From: an uncultured Actinomycetes bacterium
GTDB taxonomy: Bacteria; Actinomycetota; Acidimicrobiia; IMCC26256; PALSA-610
Direction of reading: 5' to 3'
Assembly (NCBI GenBank): GCA_963841195.1
Contig: CAWJBX010000014.1
Span: 335,914 to 399,913, forward strand
DNA length: 64,000 nucleotides
Every line of letters starts with the position of its first letter. Position 1 is the stretch's first letter. The notes under the pieces are model-generated. The model searched no databases, had not been told where the DNA came from, and was given only the letters and a program-made list of their open reading frames with translations. Both the position numbers and the translations under genes were made by a program. Positions 46,271 to 56,212 of the stretch are shown in pieces.

Positions 46271-47462
46271 TCGAGTCCGAACACGCGGATCGCGTTCCCG
46301 CGCACGAGCTTGCGAACAACCGCGGCGTCGAGTCCTTGCCATGGTGTCGACGCGCAACCGCGCGGCTGTCGGGCCACGTCGAGTCGGAGTGCGGATAGTC
46401 GACCTCGAACATCACGTTGTCGACGCCACAGGCGTCGAGTGACGCGACGCCGTGGTAATCGCGGAAGAAGCACGCCGACACTTGCCGGTAGTAATAGGTC
46501 GACGGCGGCTCGCTGATCTCGCCACCGGTCGCGACCCACGAGTGGTGTTGCGTCCACACGTCGTCGGCGCGTTCGAGCAGGTACGGGATCCAGCCGATCT
46601 GGCTCTCGGCGTAGAGCAAGCGAAGCCCGGGGAACTGCGCGAGCTTGCCGGAAAACAACCAGTCGGCAAGGGAGTTCATGCAGTTCCCGTAACCGATCGT
46701 GACGGTCACGCCGAGCGGCGCGTCGGTCGACGTCGAAGGCATTTTCGTTCCCGAACCGATGTGCAAGCAGAGCACGGTGCCGGTTTCCTGGCACGCGGCG
46801 AAGAACGGATCCCACTCGCCGCTGTGAATACTCGGCAAGCCGAGATACGCCGGGATCTCGGAGAAGCACGCAGCCCGGACGCCGCGCGCCGCGTTGCGCC
46901 GGATTTCGTCGGCCGCGAGCTGCGGATCCCACAACGGCACGAGGCACAGCGGAACGAGCCGGCCATCGCTGTCGGCGCACCACTCCTCCACCATCCAGTC
47001 GTTGTACGCGCGCACGCACAACAACGCGAGATCGCGGTCGGGCGCGTCGAGAAACGTTTGCCCGCAGAAACGGGGGAAGTTGGGGAACGACAGCGACGCT
47101 TGCGTCCAGTTCACATCCATGTCGGCGAGGCGGGCTTTCGGTTCGTAGCAGCCTTCGCGCACGTCGTCGTAGGTCGTCGCGGTCATCGTGACTTCGTCGC
47201 GCGGGCGCCCGACCGCCGTCACAGCCTTCTTGAGCGACTGGTACAGGTCGCCGTACACCCAGTAGTCGACGAGTTCGCCGTCAGTGCCCGGCTGTTCGAT
47301 GTAGCGCGCGCCGGAGAGGACGAGTTTTCCGGCCGGGAGGCGCTCGACGTGCGGACCGGCTGCGCGGAACCGGGCCGGGAGGCGCGCCGTCCACGTGTGC
47401 GGCGGTTCGATCACGTGGTCGTCGACGCTGACGATCTGCGGGATGTCGTTCTCGGTCGTCAT
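46255..47462 (-). CDS. Amidohydrolase 2 family (frameshift near 46345)
   Basis: VSVDDHVIEP, LHIGS, FEVDYPHSD; NAIRVFGL in a shifted frame. Confidence 0.9.
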
Positions 47463-47479
47463 CGTGATGTCCTGTTCGC

Positions 47480-48193
47480 TCAATCGTTCCAGTCGACGCG
47501 GTCGGAACGCGCCGGTTGCCGCCCGGTGTGCATCGGATTCAACGGCGAGTCGACCATTGCAACGCGGTCCCAGGCGCGCGCGTCGAGTTCGCGTCGCCAG
47601 CGTTGCAACGCGGGATCGGCTTCGCCGTCGCCCCACTGCTGCCACGTCGGGATCGACCACAGCAACAACGCTTCGTCGTCGTACGCCATCGCGGTTGTGA
47701 ACGCGCCGAACAGCTCCCACCCGTGGCGCGCGTGGAGATCGGACGCGTCGCGCGCCCGCTCGAGCACGTCGGCGGCGGCGCCGGGTTCGACCTTCACCAG
47801 TTCGTGTGCATACACGTCGCCGCGCACACCGTCGGCGCAGAGTTCTTCGATCGTCCGCGTCCACGCCGCGGGAACGACGATGCGGTCGTAGCCACCGCTG
47901 CGGAACTCCGCAGCCTTCGCCCACCACTTCACGAGGGCGGGGTCTTGCGCGCCCTTGCCGACTGCTTCGACCGCGAACGACGCCGCCAGCCCCGGCCACC
48001 CGTCGTGCTCCCACATGTTGACGGTCTTCGGCCACGCGCCGGTCGAACCGATGAGTGCCCACACGCCGTAACAGAGTTGGTTGCGCTCTTCTTGACCGAT
48101 CGGGCTCCAGTTCGCCGTCATGTGTTGCATGTAGTTGGCGCGCCCGTGCCCGATGATGTCGATGAACTCGTGGATGTAGACGCGATCGTTCAC
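47480..48193 (-). CDS. NIPSNAP-like dimeric alpha-beta barrel protein
   Basis: VYIHEFIDI..GSTGAWP..VNMWE; duplicated-domain pattern. Confidence 0.7.
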   Translation of the reverse strand: MNDRVYIHEFIDIIGHGRANYMQHMTANWSPIGQEERNQLCYGVWALIGSTGAWPKTVNMWEHDGWPGLAASFAVEAVGKGAQDPALVKWWAKAAEFRSGGYDRIVVPAAWTRTIEELCADGVRGDVYAHELVKVEPGAAADVLERARDASDLHARHGWELFGAFTTAMAYDDEALLLWSIPTWQQWGDGEADPALQRWRRELDARAWDRVAMVDSPLNPMHTGRQPARSDRVDWND

Positions 48194-48606
48194 GCTGGTT
48201 CCTCCGAAGTCGCGTCGCCCGCGAGCAGTTCCCATGCGTTGCCTTCGGGATCACACACGAGTGCGAGCCGGCCCGATTCGCCGTGCGCGGTCGGCTCGAT
48301 CAGGACGCGCCCATTCGCGGCACGCACGGCCGCCGCAAGCGCGTCGACGTCGTCGACGTGATCGAGATGCAGCGCCGCGTACCGCCAACCGCCGGGCCGG
48401 AACCAGGGCTCGATCGGCCCGGGCGCGTCAAGTGCCTCGACGCTGTGGAAGATCTTCAGCCGCGCGTCGTCGCGGCGAAGCCGATACACCTCACCGACGG
48501 CGAACGAACGCTCGTCAACCAACGTGAACTGCATGACGCCGGTGTAGAAGCCGCATAGCGCCACCGGTTCGCGTGCGACGATGCCCGCTTCGAGCGACGT
48601 TGCCAT
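48190..48606 (-). CDS. VOC/glyoxalase family protein
   Basis: FYTGVM.F, DPEGNAWEL. Confidence 0.88.
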   Translation of the reverse strand: MATSLEAGIVAREPVALCGFYTGVMQFTLVDERSFAVGEVYRLRRDDARLKIFHSVEALDAPGPIEPWFRPGGWRYAALHLDHVDDVDALAAAVRAANGRVLIEPTAHGESGRLALVCDPEGNAWELLAGDATSEEPA

Positions 48607-48617
48607 CGAGGGTGATC

Positions 48618-48634
48618 ATACGTTTAGATATTTC
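48618..48634. promoter_or_regulatory. TAGAT operator copy 2
   Basis: atacgtttagatatttc overlapping the TATGAT -10 of the leftward operon. Confidence 0.65.
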
Positions 48635-48669
48635 CGTCGGACAATCGCCGGAGGGAGGGAAGCGACTCG

Positions 48670-49764
48670 ATGAGTGAGGTCCAGGAAGCGGGCACGACAC
48701 CGTGGCGGCGCGACGCTGATCGGCTGCACGCGGCCCTCTCGGCGTGGGCCCGCGCCGGCGGGCGCGGCGCCGTGCGCGACATCCGCATGCCCGACAGCGG
48801 CATGGCGAACGACACGGTGCTCTTCCGACTCGACGACGAACCGCTCGTTGCACGTCTCGCACCGGCTCCGGATTCGCGCTACGCGACGTTCCCCGATTTC
48901 GACCTCGAAGCGCAGCGGCGTGTGATCGACCTCGTCCGCGGCCGAACCTCGGTAGCCGCCCCAGACGTCGTCTACCTCGAATCGTCGCCGGAATGGTTGG
49001 GCGTACCGTTCATGGTCGTGCGCGCGGTCGAGGGCAACGTGCCGAACGACAATCCGCCGTACCTGCTCGATCCCAACGGCTGGTTCCTGCACGGCACGGC
49101 GGAAGACTGGGAACGCCTCGAACGATCGACGATCGCGGTGTTCGTACAACTACACACGATCGCGGACGACGACGACACTGCGTTCCTGCGCGTCGACACC
49201 GACGGCGACACCGCGCTCGCCCGACTGCTTTCGTCGCACCGCGCGTATTACGAATGGGCACGCGACGGCCAAACCGTTCCCGTCCTCGAACGCGCGTATG
49301 AAGTGCTGGCGCGCACGTTGCCGGCGAACGATCGCAGTGTGCTGCTTTGGGGCGACGGCCGTCCCGGCAACATCATCTACCGAGACTTCGAACCGGCCGC
49401 GGTGCTCGACTGGGAAATGGCCGGGGTCGGGCCGCCCGAGTGCGATGTCGCGTGGACAACGTTCTTCCAACGGTTCTGGGCGCACTTCGGCGAGCAGCTG
49501 GGCATCACCGTGCCCGCGATGTTCGACCGCGCTGCAACCGCGGCCATGTACACCCAGCTCGGCGGGGTCGAACTCGCCGACCTCGCGTGGTACGAAGCGC
49601 TCGCCGGTTACCGCTTCGGCATCATTCTCATGCGTATGCGATTCCGGGGCGTTGCGTACGGCGTGCAAACGCTCCCTGATGATCCCGACGATCTGATCTT
49701 GTTCGCGCCGTTGCTCGAACAGCTCATCGCCGACATCGACGTGATCGGAGACACTTCGCCATGA
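48670..49764 (+). CDS. APH-like phosphotransferase family protein
   Basis: LLWGDGRPGN, VLDWEMA motifs. Confidence 0.9.
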   Translation: MSEVQEAGTTPWRRDADRLHAALSAWARAGGRGAVRDIRMPDSGMANDTVLFRLDDEPLVARLAPAPDSRYATFPDFDLEAQRRVIDLVRGRTSVAAPDVVYLESSPEWLGVPFMVVRAVEGNVPNDNPPYLLDPNGWFLHGTAEDWERLERSTIAVFVQLHTIADDDDTAFLRVDTDGDTALARLLSSHRAYYEWARDGQTVPVLERAYEVLARTLPANDRSVLLWGDGRPGNIIYRDFEPAAVLDWEMAGVGPPECDVAWTTFFQRFWAHFGEQLGITVPAMFDRAATAAMYTQLGGVELADLAWYEALAGYRFGIILMRMRFRGVAYGVQTLPDDPDDLILFAPLLEQLIADIDVIGDTSP

Positions 49765-51002
49765 CGACTGTGCCCGTCGAAACCCTCGGCTCGATCTTTG
49801 CCGACCCGGTCGCATACTCCGATCCCGACGCGTGGCACGCAGCCGCCAAGCGCATTCGCGACGAGTCGCCGATCTTGAAGGTGGCGCGCCCCGGTTACCC
49901 CGAGTTCTGGGCGATCACGAAACACGCGGACGTGCTCGAGATCGAACGCAACCCCGACATCTTCACGAACGAACCGATTCCGGTGCTCGCGCCCGCAACG
50001 GAAGGTGAGGACGCCGCCGCGCCGCCCGTGAAGACGCTCATTCAGATGGACGGCGACGAGCACAAGGCGAATCGCAACGTCGTCAACGAATGGTTCAAAC
50101 CGCGGAATGTGAAGACGCTGCAGGAGCGTGTCGACGAACTCGCGCGGGAGTCGGTCGACAAGATGGCTGCGCTCGGCGGAAACTGCGACTTCGTCAACGA
50201 CATTGCGCTGCAGTTCCCGTTGCAGGTCATCTTGTCGATCCTCGGCCTTCCCGAAGACGACTACGGGCGCATGCTGAAGCTCACGCAGGAACTCTTCGGC
50301 GCCGAAGATCCCGACATCGCACGCCTCGGCGCTGACGAAGGCATCTTCGCCGTCATTCTCGATTTCGTGAACTACTTCAACGAACTCGCCGCCGATCGGC
50401 GCAACTGCCCGACGAGCGACTTGGCATCCGTAATCGCAAATGCCGAGATCGACGGTTGCCCGCTCGCCGACATGCAGATGCTCGGCCACTACCTGATCAT
50501 CGCCACCGCCGGTCACGACACGACGTCGAATGCGGTTGGCGGCGGCTTGCTCGCACTGCTCGAGAACCGTGACCAACTCGAACGGTTGCAAGCGCAACCC
50601 GAACTCATCGACGGCACGTTCGCCGACGAGATCGTCCGCTACGTCTCGCCCGTCAAGCACTTCATGCGGAACTGCCAAGCGCCGTTCACGCTGCGCGACA
50701 AAACCTTCGAACCGGGCGACGCCGTGTATCTGTCGTTCGCGTCGGCGAACCGCGACGACGAAGTCTTCACCGATCCCATGCGCCTCGACGTCACGCGCGA
50801 GAACGCGGCGAGCCACCTCGGGTTCGGTTTCGGCCGGCATTTCTGTCTCGGTGTGCACCTCGCCCGCATGGAAGTACGCGCGCTCTTCAAAGCGTTGTTG
50901 CCGCGTCTCGAGTTCATCGAACTCGACGGCGACGCGACGTGGATCAAGTCCTTCTTCGTCGAAGGACCGAAGCAGATCCCGATCAGCTACCGCGTGCGTT
51001 AG
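49761..51002 (+). CDS. Cytochrome P450 (CYP108-like by motif)
   Basis: IATAGHDTT I-helix, EIVR, FGFGRHFCLG heme motif. Confidence 0.95.
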   Translation: MTTVPVETLGSIFADPVAYSDPDAWHAAAKRIRDESPILKVARPGYPEFWAITKHADVLEIERNPDIFTNEPIPVLAPATEGEDAAAPPVKTLIQMDGDEHKANRNVVNEWFKPRNVKTLQERVDELARESVDKMAALGGNCDFVNDIALQFPLQVILSILGLPEDDYGRMLKLTQELFGAEDPDIARLGADEGIFAVILDFVNYFNELAADRRNCPTSDLASVIANAEIDGCPLADMQMLGHYLIIATAGHDTTSNAVGGGLLALLENRDQLERLQAQPELIDGTFADEIVRYVSPVKHFMRNCQAPFTLRDKTFEPGDAVYLSFASANRDDEVFTDPMRLDVTRENAASHLGFGFGRHFCLGVHLARMEVRALFKALLPRLEFIELDGDATWIKSFFVEGPKQIPISYRVR

Positions 51003-51005
51003 CGG

Positions 51006-52184
51006 TTACAGCCCGACGAGTTCGGTGCAGTTGGTGCGCATGATGCGCTCGACTTCGTCGGGCGCGAAGCCGGCGAGCTCGTCGGTAAACGACGCCGGAT
51101 CTGCGAGACCTTCGCCGTGCGGCCAGTCAGAGCCGAACAGCACTTGGGTAACGCCAATGGTGTCGGCGAGTTTGCGAATGTCGTCTTCGTAGTAGGGCGT
51201 CACCCAGACGTGGGCGCGGACCGTGTCGAGCGGGTCTGCCGCGAACATCCATGGCGCCCGGTTCGCAAGCTTCTTCAAGCTCTTGACGAGCGGATAGACC
51301 CAGTCCGAGCCGTTCTCGATGCTCGCGACGCGCAAACCGGGATGACGCTTGAACACGCCATGGACGATGAGGCTCGCCATCGTGTCGTGGATCGCGCGAT
51401 CGCCGATGATGACGGTGCCCAGCACATCGGGTGCGCGGAACGGCGCGAAGTCTTCGGCACCACCCCAGGGCGCGCCGAGCATCGCGTTGTAACCGCTGTC
51501 GCCGAGGTGGAACGCCACCGGCACGTTCGCTTCCGCAAGCCGGGCCCAAACCGGATCGTGCACCTTGTCGCCGAGCGAACGGCCTTTGGCACCGCCGGTC
51601 GGCACCGGCGCCGGCCGCACGTGCACGATGCGCGCGCCTGCGTCGAGCACGCGGTCGATTTCGGCGAGAGCCGCGTCGACGTCGGCGAGCGAGATCATCG
51701 GTGCGGCGATGATCCGGTCGTGGTACGAGAAACCCCAGTCGTCTTCGAGCCAACGGTTGAACGCTTCGAGGCTCGCCATCGTCGCGGGCACGTCGAACCG
51801 CAGCGCTTGTTCGACACCGCAACCCAGCGTCGGGAACAGCAACGCGGCGTCGAGTCCTTGCTCGTCCATCTTGGCGAGGCGCGCGTCGCGGTCGCGGTAG
51901 GCGGGCGAAATCGGTTCGACCTGCGTGAGCGTGCTCGGGTCGACGCCTTCCGGAATCTGGCCCCGGAACTGCAGGTCGAGACACCCGGGCACGATCACGG
52001 GATCGAACGTCGGGTTCGGGATGAACTGATTCAGCTTGCCTGCAATCAAGATCTCCACGTGCGAGCCGTCGCGCACGGCGCGCACGCCCCGGTGTTTGAA
52101 GCGCTTGTCGAGGTGACGGGTGAACGCGTCGAGCGTTTCGTAATAGTGGTTGTCAGCATCGACTGGCCGCAGCTCGTCGGTCAT
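51006..52184 (-). CDS. Amidohydrolase 2 family
   Basis: DADNHYYE, FHLGDSG, FGSDWPHGEG. Confidence 0.92.
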   Translation of the reverse strand: MTDELRPVDADNHYYETLDAFTRHLDKRFKHRGVRAVRDGSHVEILIAGKLNQFIPNPTFDPVIVPGCLDLQFRGQIPEGVDPSTLTQVEPISPAYRDRDARLAKMDEQGLDAALLFPTLGCGVEQALRFDVPATMASLEAFNRWLEDDWGFSYHDRIIAAPMISLADVDAALAEIDRVLDAGARIVHVRPAPVPTGGAKGRSLGDKVHDPVWARLAEANVPVAFHLGDSGYNAMLGAPWGGAEDFAPFRAPDVLGTVIIGDRAIHDTMASLIVHGVFKRHPGLRVASIENGSDWVYPLVKSLKKLANRAPWMFAADPLDTVRAHVWVTPYYEDDIRKLADTIGVTQVLFGSDWPHGEGLADPASFTDELAGFAPDEVERIMRTNCTELVGL

Positions 52185-52235
52185 GGCACTCCTCCGGGCA
52201 TTCCTCCGGTGCGCGCGTCGAAACGCATGGTAGCC

Positions 52236-52252
52236 AAACGTCTAGATGTTTC
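52236..52252. promoter_or_regulatory. TAGAT operator copy 3
   Basis: aaacgtctagatgtttc, near-perfect palindrome, directly before a TAGGTT -10. Confidence 0.7.
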
Positions 52253-52268
52253 GCTAGGTTGCCAACCG

Positions 52269-53897
52269 ATGCCCGCCGAGTGGTCGATCCCCGCTGCGAT
52301 CGATGCCGTCACGGCGGCCGTCCCCGATCGCGACATGATCGTGTGGACGACAACTCGCCGCACCTACGCGGACGTGCAGCGTCGTTCGCGCGCGCTGGCT
52401 GCGTTCTTTCGCGCCCAAGGCCTCGGCGTAAAGCGCGAACGCGACGAACTCGAACGGTGGGAATGCGGACAAAGCCCGATCGCGATCGTGTTGTCGAACG
52501 GGCCGGAATACGTGGAGACCATGCTCGGCGCGTTCCGCGCGCGTGCGGTGCCGTTCAACGTCAACCACCAGTACCACCCCGGCGAAATCCGCGCGTTGCT
52601 GGACCAGATCGGCGCGGAAGCGATCGTGTACCACCGCCGCTTGGGGCCGCGCCTCGCCGAGGCGGGCGTCGACGGTCTTGTGCTCGTCGACGTCGACGAC
52701 AGGTCCGGGGTGACAGCGCGGCCCGGAAGCGTTTCCTACGAAGCTGCAATCGCGGGCGCGACGAACATCGACGAACTTCCGGAACCGTCGCCCGACGACC
52801 TCTATCTCATGTGCACCGGTGGGACGACGGGCCGCCCGAAGGGTGTGCTCTGGCGGCAAGCCGACGCGTACGTCGGCGCAATGGGTGGCAGCGAGGGCGC
52901 CACGGCCGAAACGATTGGCGCGGGCGCGAAAAACGGCTTCGGTGTTTGGTTCGCAGCACCACCGTTGATGCACGCGGCCGCGCAGTGGACCGTGTTCGCG
53001 AGCCTCCACAACGGCGGCACGATCGTGCTGCACGATGATTCGGGACCCTTCGAGGCGCGCACGCTGCTCGAAACCGCGCAACGCGAGCAGGTGCAGATGA
53101 TCACGATCGTCGGCGACGCATACGCGCGCCCGATCGTCGACGAACTCCAACGCCGCGCCTACGACCTTCCCGCGTTGAAACAAATCTCCACCGGTGGTGC
53201 GATGACCAGCCCGGCGTTGAAGCACGCGCTGCTCGATCTCATTCCCGGATTGCTCATCGTCGACGGCTACGGCGCGTCGGAAACCGGCGGCATGGCGTTC
53301 GGCGCGTCGACCAAAGGCGCGCAAACGCAACACTTCAGCGGTGCGGGCGGCGCACGCGTGCTCTCGGCCGATCGCACGCGGTTGCTCGCAGCCGGCGACG
53401 AGGAAATCGGATGGACCGCGCGCGTCGGCCATGTGCCGCTCGGTTATCTCGACGACCGCGAGCACACCGAAACCACGTTCCCGATCGTCGACGGGCAACG
53501 CGTCGCAGTGCCGGGCGACCGCGCCCAAGTTGCGGCCGACGGGACGATCGTGTTGCTCGGTCGCGATTCGATGACGGTCAACAGCGGGGGCGAAAAGATC
53601 TTCGTCGAAGAAGTCGAGGAAGCGATCCGCAGCCATCCCGACGTACTCGACGCGCTCGTCGTCGGCCGGCCGAGCGAGCGCCTCGGCGAAGAAGTCGTCG
53701 CGCTCGTGCAGCTCCGCGCCGGAGCAACGGTGACGCCGCTCGAACTCCGCGAGTTCGTCGCGACCTCGATCGCGCGGTTCAAAGCACCGCGTGCCGTGCT
53801 CCTGTGCGACCGCATCGGCCGCCATCCATCAGGCAAAGCCGATTACCGATGGGCGAAGGAGGCTGCGCGCGACGCGGTCCCCGTCGCGAAGCAATAG
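52269..53897 (+). CDS. Acyl-CoA synthetase, FadD19-like
   Basis: TGGTTGRPKG, YGASETG, PGD, SGGEKIF.EEVE, SGKADY. Confidence 0.92.
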   Translation: MPAEWSIPAAIDAVTAAVPDRDMIVWTTTRRTYADVQRRSRALAAFFRAQGLGVKRERDELERWECGQSPIAIVLSNGPEYVETMLGAFRARAVPFNVNHQYHPGEIRALLDQIGAEAIVYHRRLGPRLAEAGVDGLVLVDVDDRSGVTARPGSVSYEAAIAGATNIDELPEPSPDDLYLMCTGGTTGRPKGVLWRQADAYVGAMGGSEGATAETIGAGAKNGFGVWFAAPPLMHAAAQWTVFASLHNGGTIVLHDDSGPFEARTLLETAQREQVQMITIVGDAYARPIVDELQRRAYDLPALKQISTGGAMTSPALKHALLDLIPGLLIVDGYGASETGGMAFGASTKGAQTQHFSGAGGARVLSADRTRLLAAGDEEIGWTARVGHVPLGYLDDREHTETTFPIVDGQRVAVPGDRAQVAADGTIVLLGRDSMTVNSGGEKIFVEEVEEAIRSHPDVLDALVVGRPSERLGEEVVALVQLRAGATVTPLELREFVATSIARFKAPRAVLLCDRIGRHPSGKADYRWAKEAARDAVPVAKQ

Positions 53898-53909
53898 GAC
53901 CAAGGCCGC

Positions 53910-54869
53910 GTGGACTTTCGCCTCGACGACGAGCAGCTCGCATTCCAGGACGCGCTGCGCGATCTGTGCGGCCAACATTTCGACCTCGCCGATGTCGCCG
54001 CTCGCGAAGGCGTTCCCGTTGCCGACACCGCGTGGCGCGCACTCGACGACATGGGCGTGTTCGGCATGCTCGGCCCCGGCTCGCTCGGCGGCGCGGTCGA
54101 AGCGGCGATTGCGTTCGAACAACTCGGGGCGCACGTCGCGAGCGGGCCCTTACGGTGGACGACGATCACCGCGCCGTTGTTCGACGAACCGACCGGTCGC
54201 GTTACAGGAATCGACATCGGCGACGCGCCCGCGTCGCCCTTCGTGGTCGAGCACGCGGACGAGGCCGACGTTCTCGTCGTCTTGCAAGCAGACCGGGTCG
54301 AACAGTGCGTGGCTGACGCACTCGGCGAGCCCATCGGCGACACACCGCTCGATCCGCTGACGCCGGCCCGCGCGTTCACGACGTTGCCGACCGGCATCGA
54401 GATCGGCGGTCCGGAAGCCGCGCGTCGCCTGCGCCTCGCCGGAACAATTCTCACCGCGGCCGAACTCGTCGGTACCGCGCAAGGCGCGCTCGACGTCGCG
54501 CGCGCCTACGCGCTCGAACGCGAACAGTTCGGCGTCGTGATCGGATCGTTCCAAGCTGTCAAACACTTGCTCGCTGATATGTACGTGCGCCTCGAACTCG
54601 CCCGCAGCGCGACGTACGCGGCCGCCGCGATCTTCGACGACGAGTCGGCCGGGAGCGCGGAGGCCGCGGCCGCGGCCGCGAAGTTGCTGGCGGGTGAAGC
54701 CGGCATTACGAACGGCCGCACCGCCGTGCAGGTCCTCGGCGGGATGGGATTCACGTGGGAGATGCTTCCCCACTACTTCCTCAAACGGGCATGGTTGCTC
54801 GAACACGCCTTCGGCTCGTCTGACCTCCACGCGCTTGCGCTCGGCACCGAGGTGGCGTTGTGGACCTGA
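53910..54869 (+). CDS. Acyl-CoA dehydrogenase, short beta-type subunit
   Basis: REQFG..IGSFQAVKH.LADM, GGMGFTWE; short N-terminal domain. Confidence 0.9.
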   Translation: MDFRLDDEQLAFQDALRDLCGQHFDLADVAAREGVPVADTAWRALDDMGVFGMLGPGSLGGAVEAAIAFEQLGAHVASGPLRWTTITAPLFDEPTGRVTGIDIGDAPASPFVVEHADEADVLVVLQADRVEQCVADALGEPIGDTPLDPLTPARAFTTLPTGIEIGGPEAARRLRLAGTILTAAELVGTAQGALDVARAYALEREQFGVVIGSFQAVKHLLADMYVRLELARSATYAAAAIFDDESAGSAEAAAAAAKLLAGEAGITNGRTAVQVLGGMGFTWEMLPHYFLKRAWLLEHAFGSSDLHALALGTEVALWT

Positions 54870-56212
54870 CGTACAGCGCCGACGACGAAGGCTTCCGCTC
54901 ACAGCTGCGCGCGTGGCTGGAGAACGAAGTTGCGCGTCACGGGCCGCCGCCCGCGCCCGGCGACTGGCCGGCCCGGCGCGCGTACGACACCGCATGGCAA
55001 CGCAAGCTGTCCGACGCCGGTTACGCGGGATTGCATTGGCCCAAAGCCTTCGGCGGCCAGGGCCTGCCGGTCAGCCAGCAACTCGTGTATCTCGAGGAGT
55101 ACGCGCGCGCGAACGCGCCGTACATCAGCGTCAACTTTGTCGGGATGATGCACGCGGGCCCGACGCTGATCGCGGAAGGCACCGACGAACAGCGCGCGTT
55201 CCATCTCCCGCGGATCTTGCGCGGCGACGATGTGTGGTGCCAGGGCTTCTCGGAACCATCAGCCGGTTCCGATCTCGCTTCCTTGCGCACCCGAGCCGAA
55301 CGGCACGGCGACGAGTACGTCGTCAACGGCCAGAAGATCTGGAGCACGCGCGCCCACGTCGCCGACTACTGCGAACTGCTCGTACGCACGAACCCTGATG
55401 CGCCGAAGCACAAAGGGATCACGTGGCTGATCCTCGACATGCACCAACCGGGTGTCGAGGTGCGGCCGATGCGCACGATCGACGGCGAAACCCACTTCTG
55501 CGAAGTGTTCCTCGACGGGGCGCGAGTGCCGGTGAGCAATCGCGTCGGCGACGAAAACGACGGCTGGCGCGTCACGAACGTCACGCTGCGCTTCGAGCGC
55601 GGCACCGCGTTCGCGCAACACATCATCACGATGCGGTCACAACTCCGGTCGCTCGTCGAGCTGGCGATGAACACGCCCGCCGCCGAAGGCACCGCGTGGG
55701 ACGACGTCGAACTGCGCCGGCACGTTGGTCGTCTGCGCGCCAATGTCGACGCGCTCTGGCGCATGACACAAATGGGGATCGCCGAAGCCGAACGCAGCGG
55801 CATCCCGGCGCCGACCGGCTCGGCCGTCAAACTGCGGTACAGCGAAGTCACCCAAGAGATCGCCGACCTGACGCTGCGCACGATCGGACGCGCCGCACTC
55901 GCGGGTGCGAGTCCGCGCGCGATCGACGCCGCGCGCGACTACTTCTGGTCGCTCCAGTACACGATCGCGGCCGGAACGTCGCAGATTCAGCGCAACCTGA
56001 TCGCCGAGCGCGTGCTCGGCATGCCGCGCTCGAACGCGCTGACGCTGGTTACGACGGCCGCAACGAACGCAAGAACTCGCCGTACGGCTGCCCCTTGCCG
56101 GGCATCTCATCGCGCGGCAGCCCCAGACCTTTCTCGGCGACGATGTTGCGCTGAATCTCGTCGCTGCCGCCGTAGATCGACGATGCCGGCGAGAACACCA
56201 TTGACGCGCTGA
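54860..56212 (+). CDS. Acyl-CoA dehydrogenase, alpha-type subunit (true end probably near 56040)
   Basis: WCQGFSEP.AGSDLASL, NGQKIW, FCEVF, TIAAGTSQIQRN..VLGMP. Confidence 0.9.
   Translation: MDLTYSADDEGFRSQLRAWLENEVARHGPPPAPGDWPARRAYDTAWQRKLSDAGYAGLHWPKAFGGQGLPVSQQLVYLEEYARANAPYISVNFVGMMHAGPTLIAEGTDEQRAFHLPRILRGDDVWCQGFSEPSAGSDLASLRTRAERHGDEYVVNGQKIWSTRAHVADYCELLVRTNPDAPKHKGITWLILDMHQPGVEVRPMRTIDGETHFCEVFLDGARVPVSNRVGDENDGWRVTNVTLRFERGTAFAQHIITMRSQLRSLVELAMNTPAAEGTAWDDVELRRHVGRLRANVDALWRMTQMGIAEAERSGIPAPTGSAVKLRYSEVTQEIADLTLRTIGRAALAGASPRAIDAARDYFWSLQYTIAAGTSQIQRNLIAERVLGMPRSNALTLVTTAATNARTRRTAAPCRASHRAAAPDLSRRRCCAESRRCRRRSTMPARTPLTR

Noticed and set aside
46218-48254. 678-aa extended amidohydrolase
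   Set aside because: The N-terminal 264 codons are an off-frame read of the NIPSNAP-like gene; the family start is at 47462
51117-52268. N-terminal extension making a 926-aa CoA ligase
   Set aside because: Antisense shadow of the amidohydrolase; the promoter and family start are at 52269
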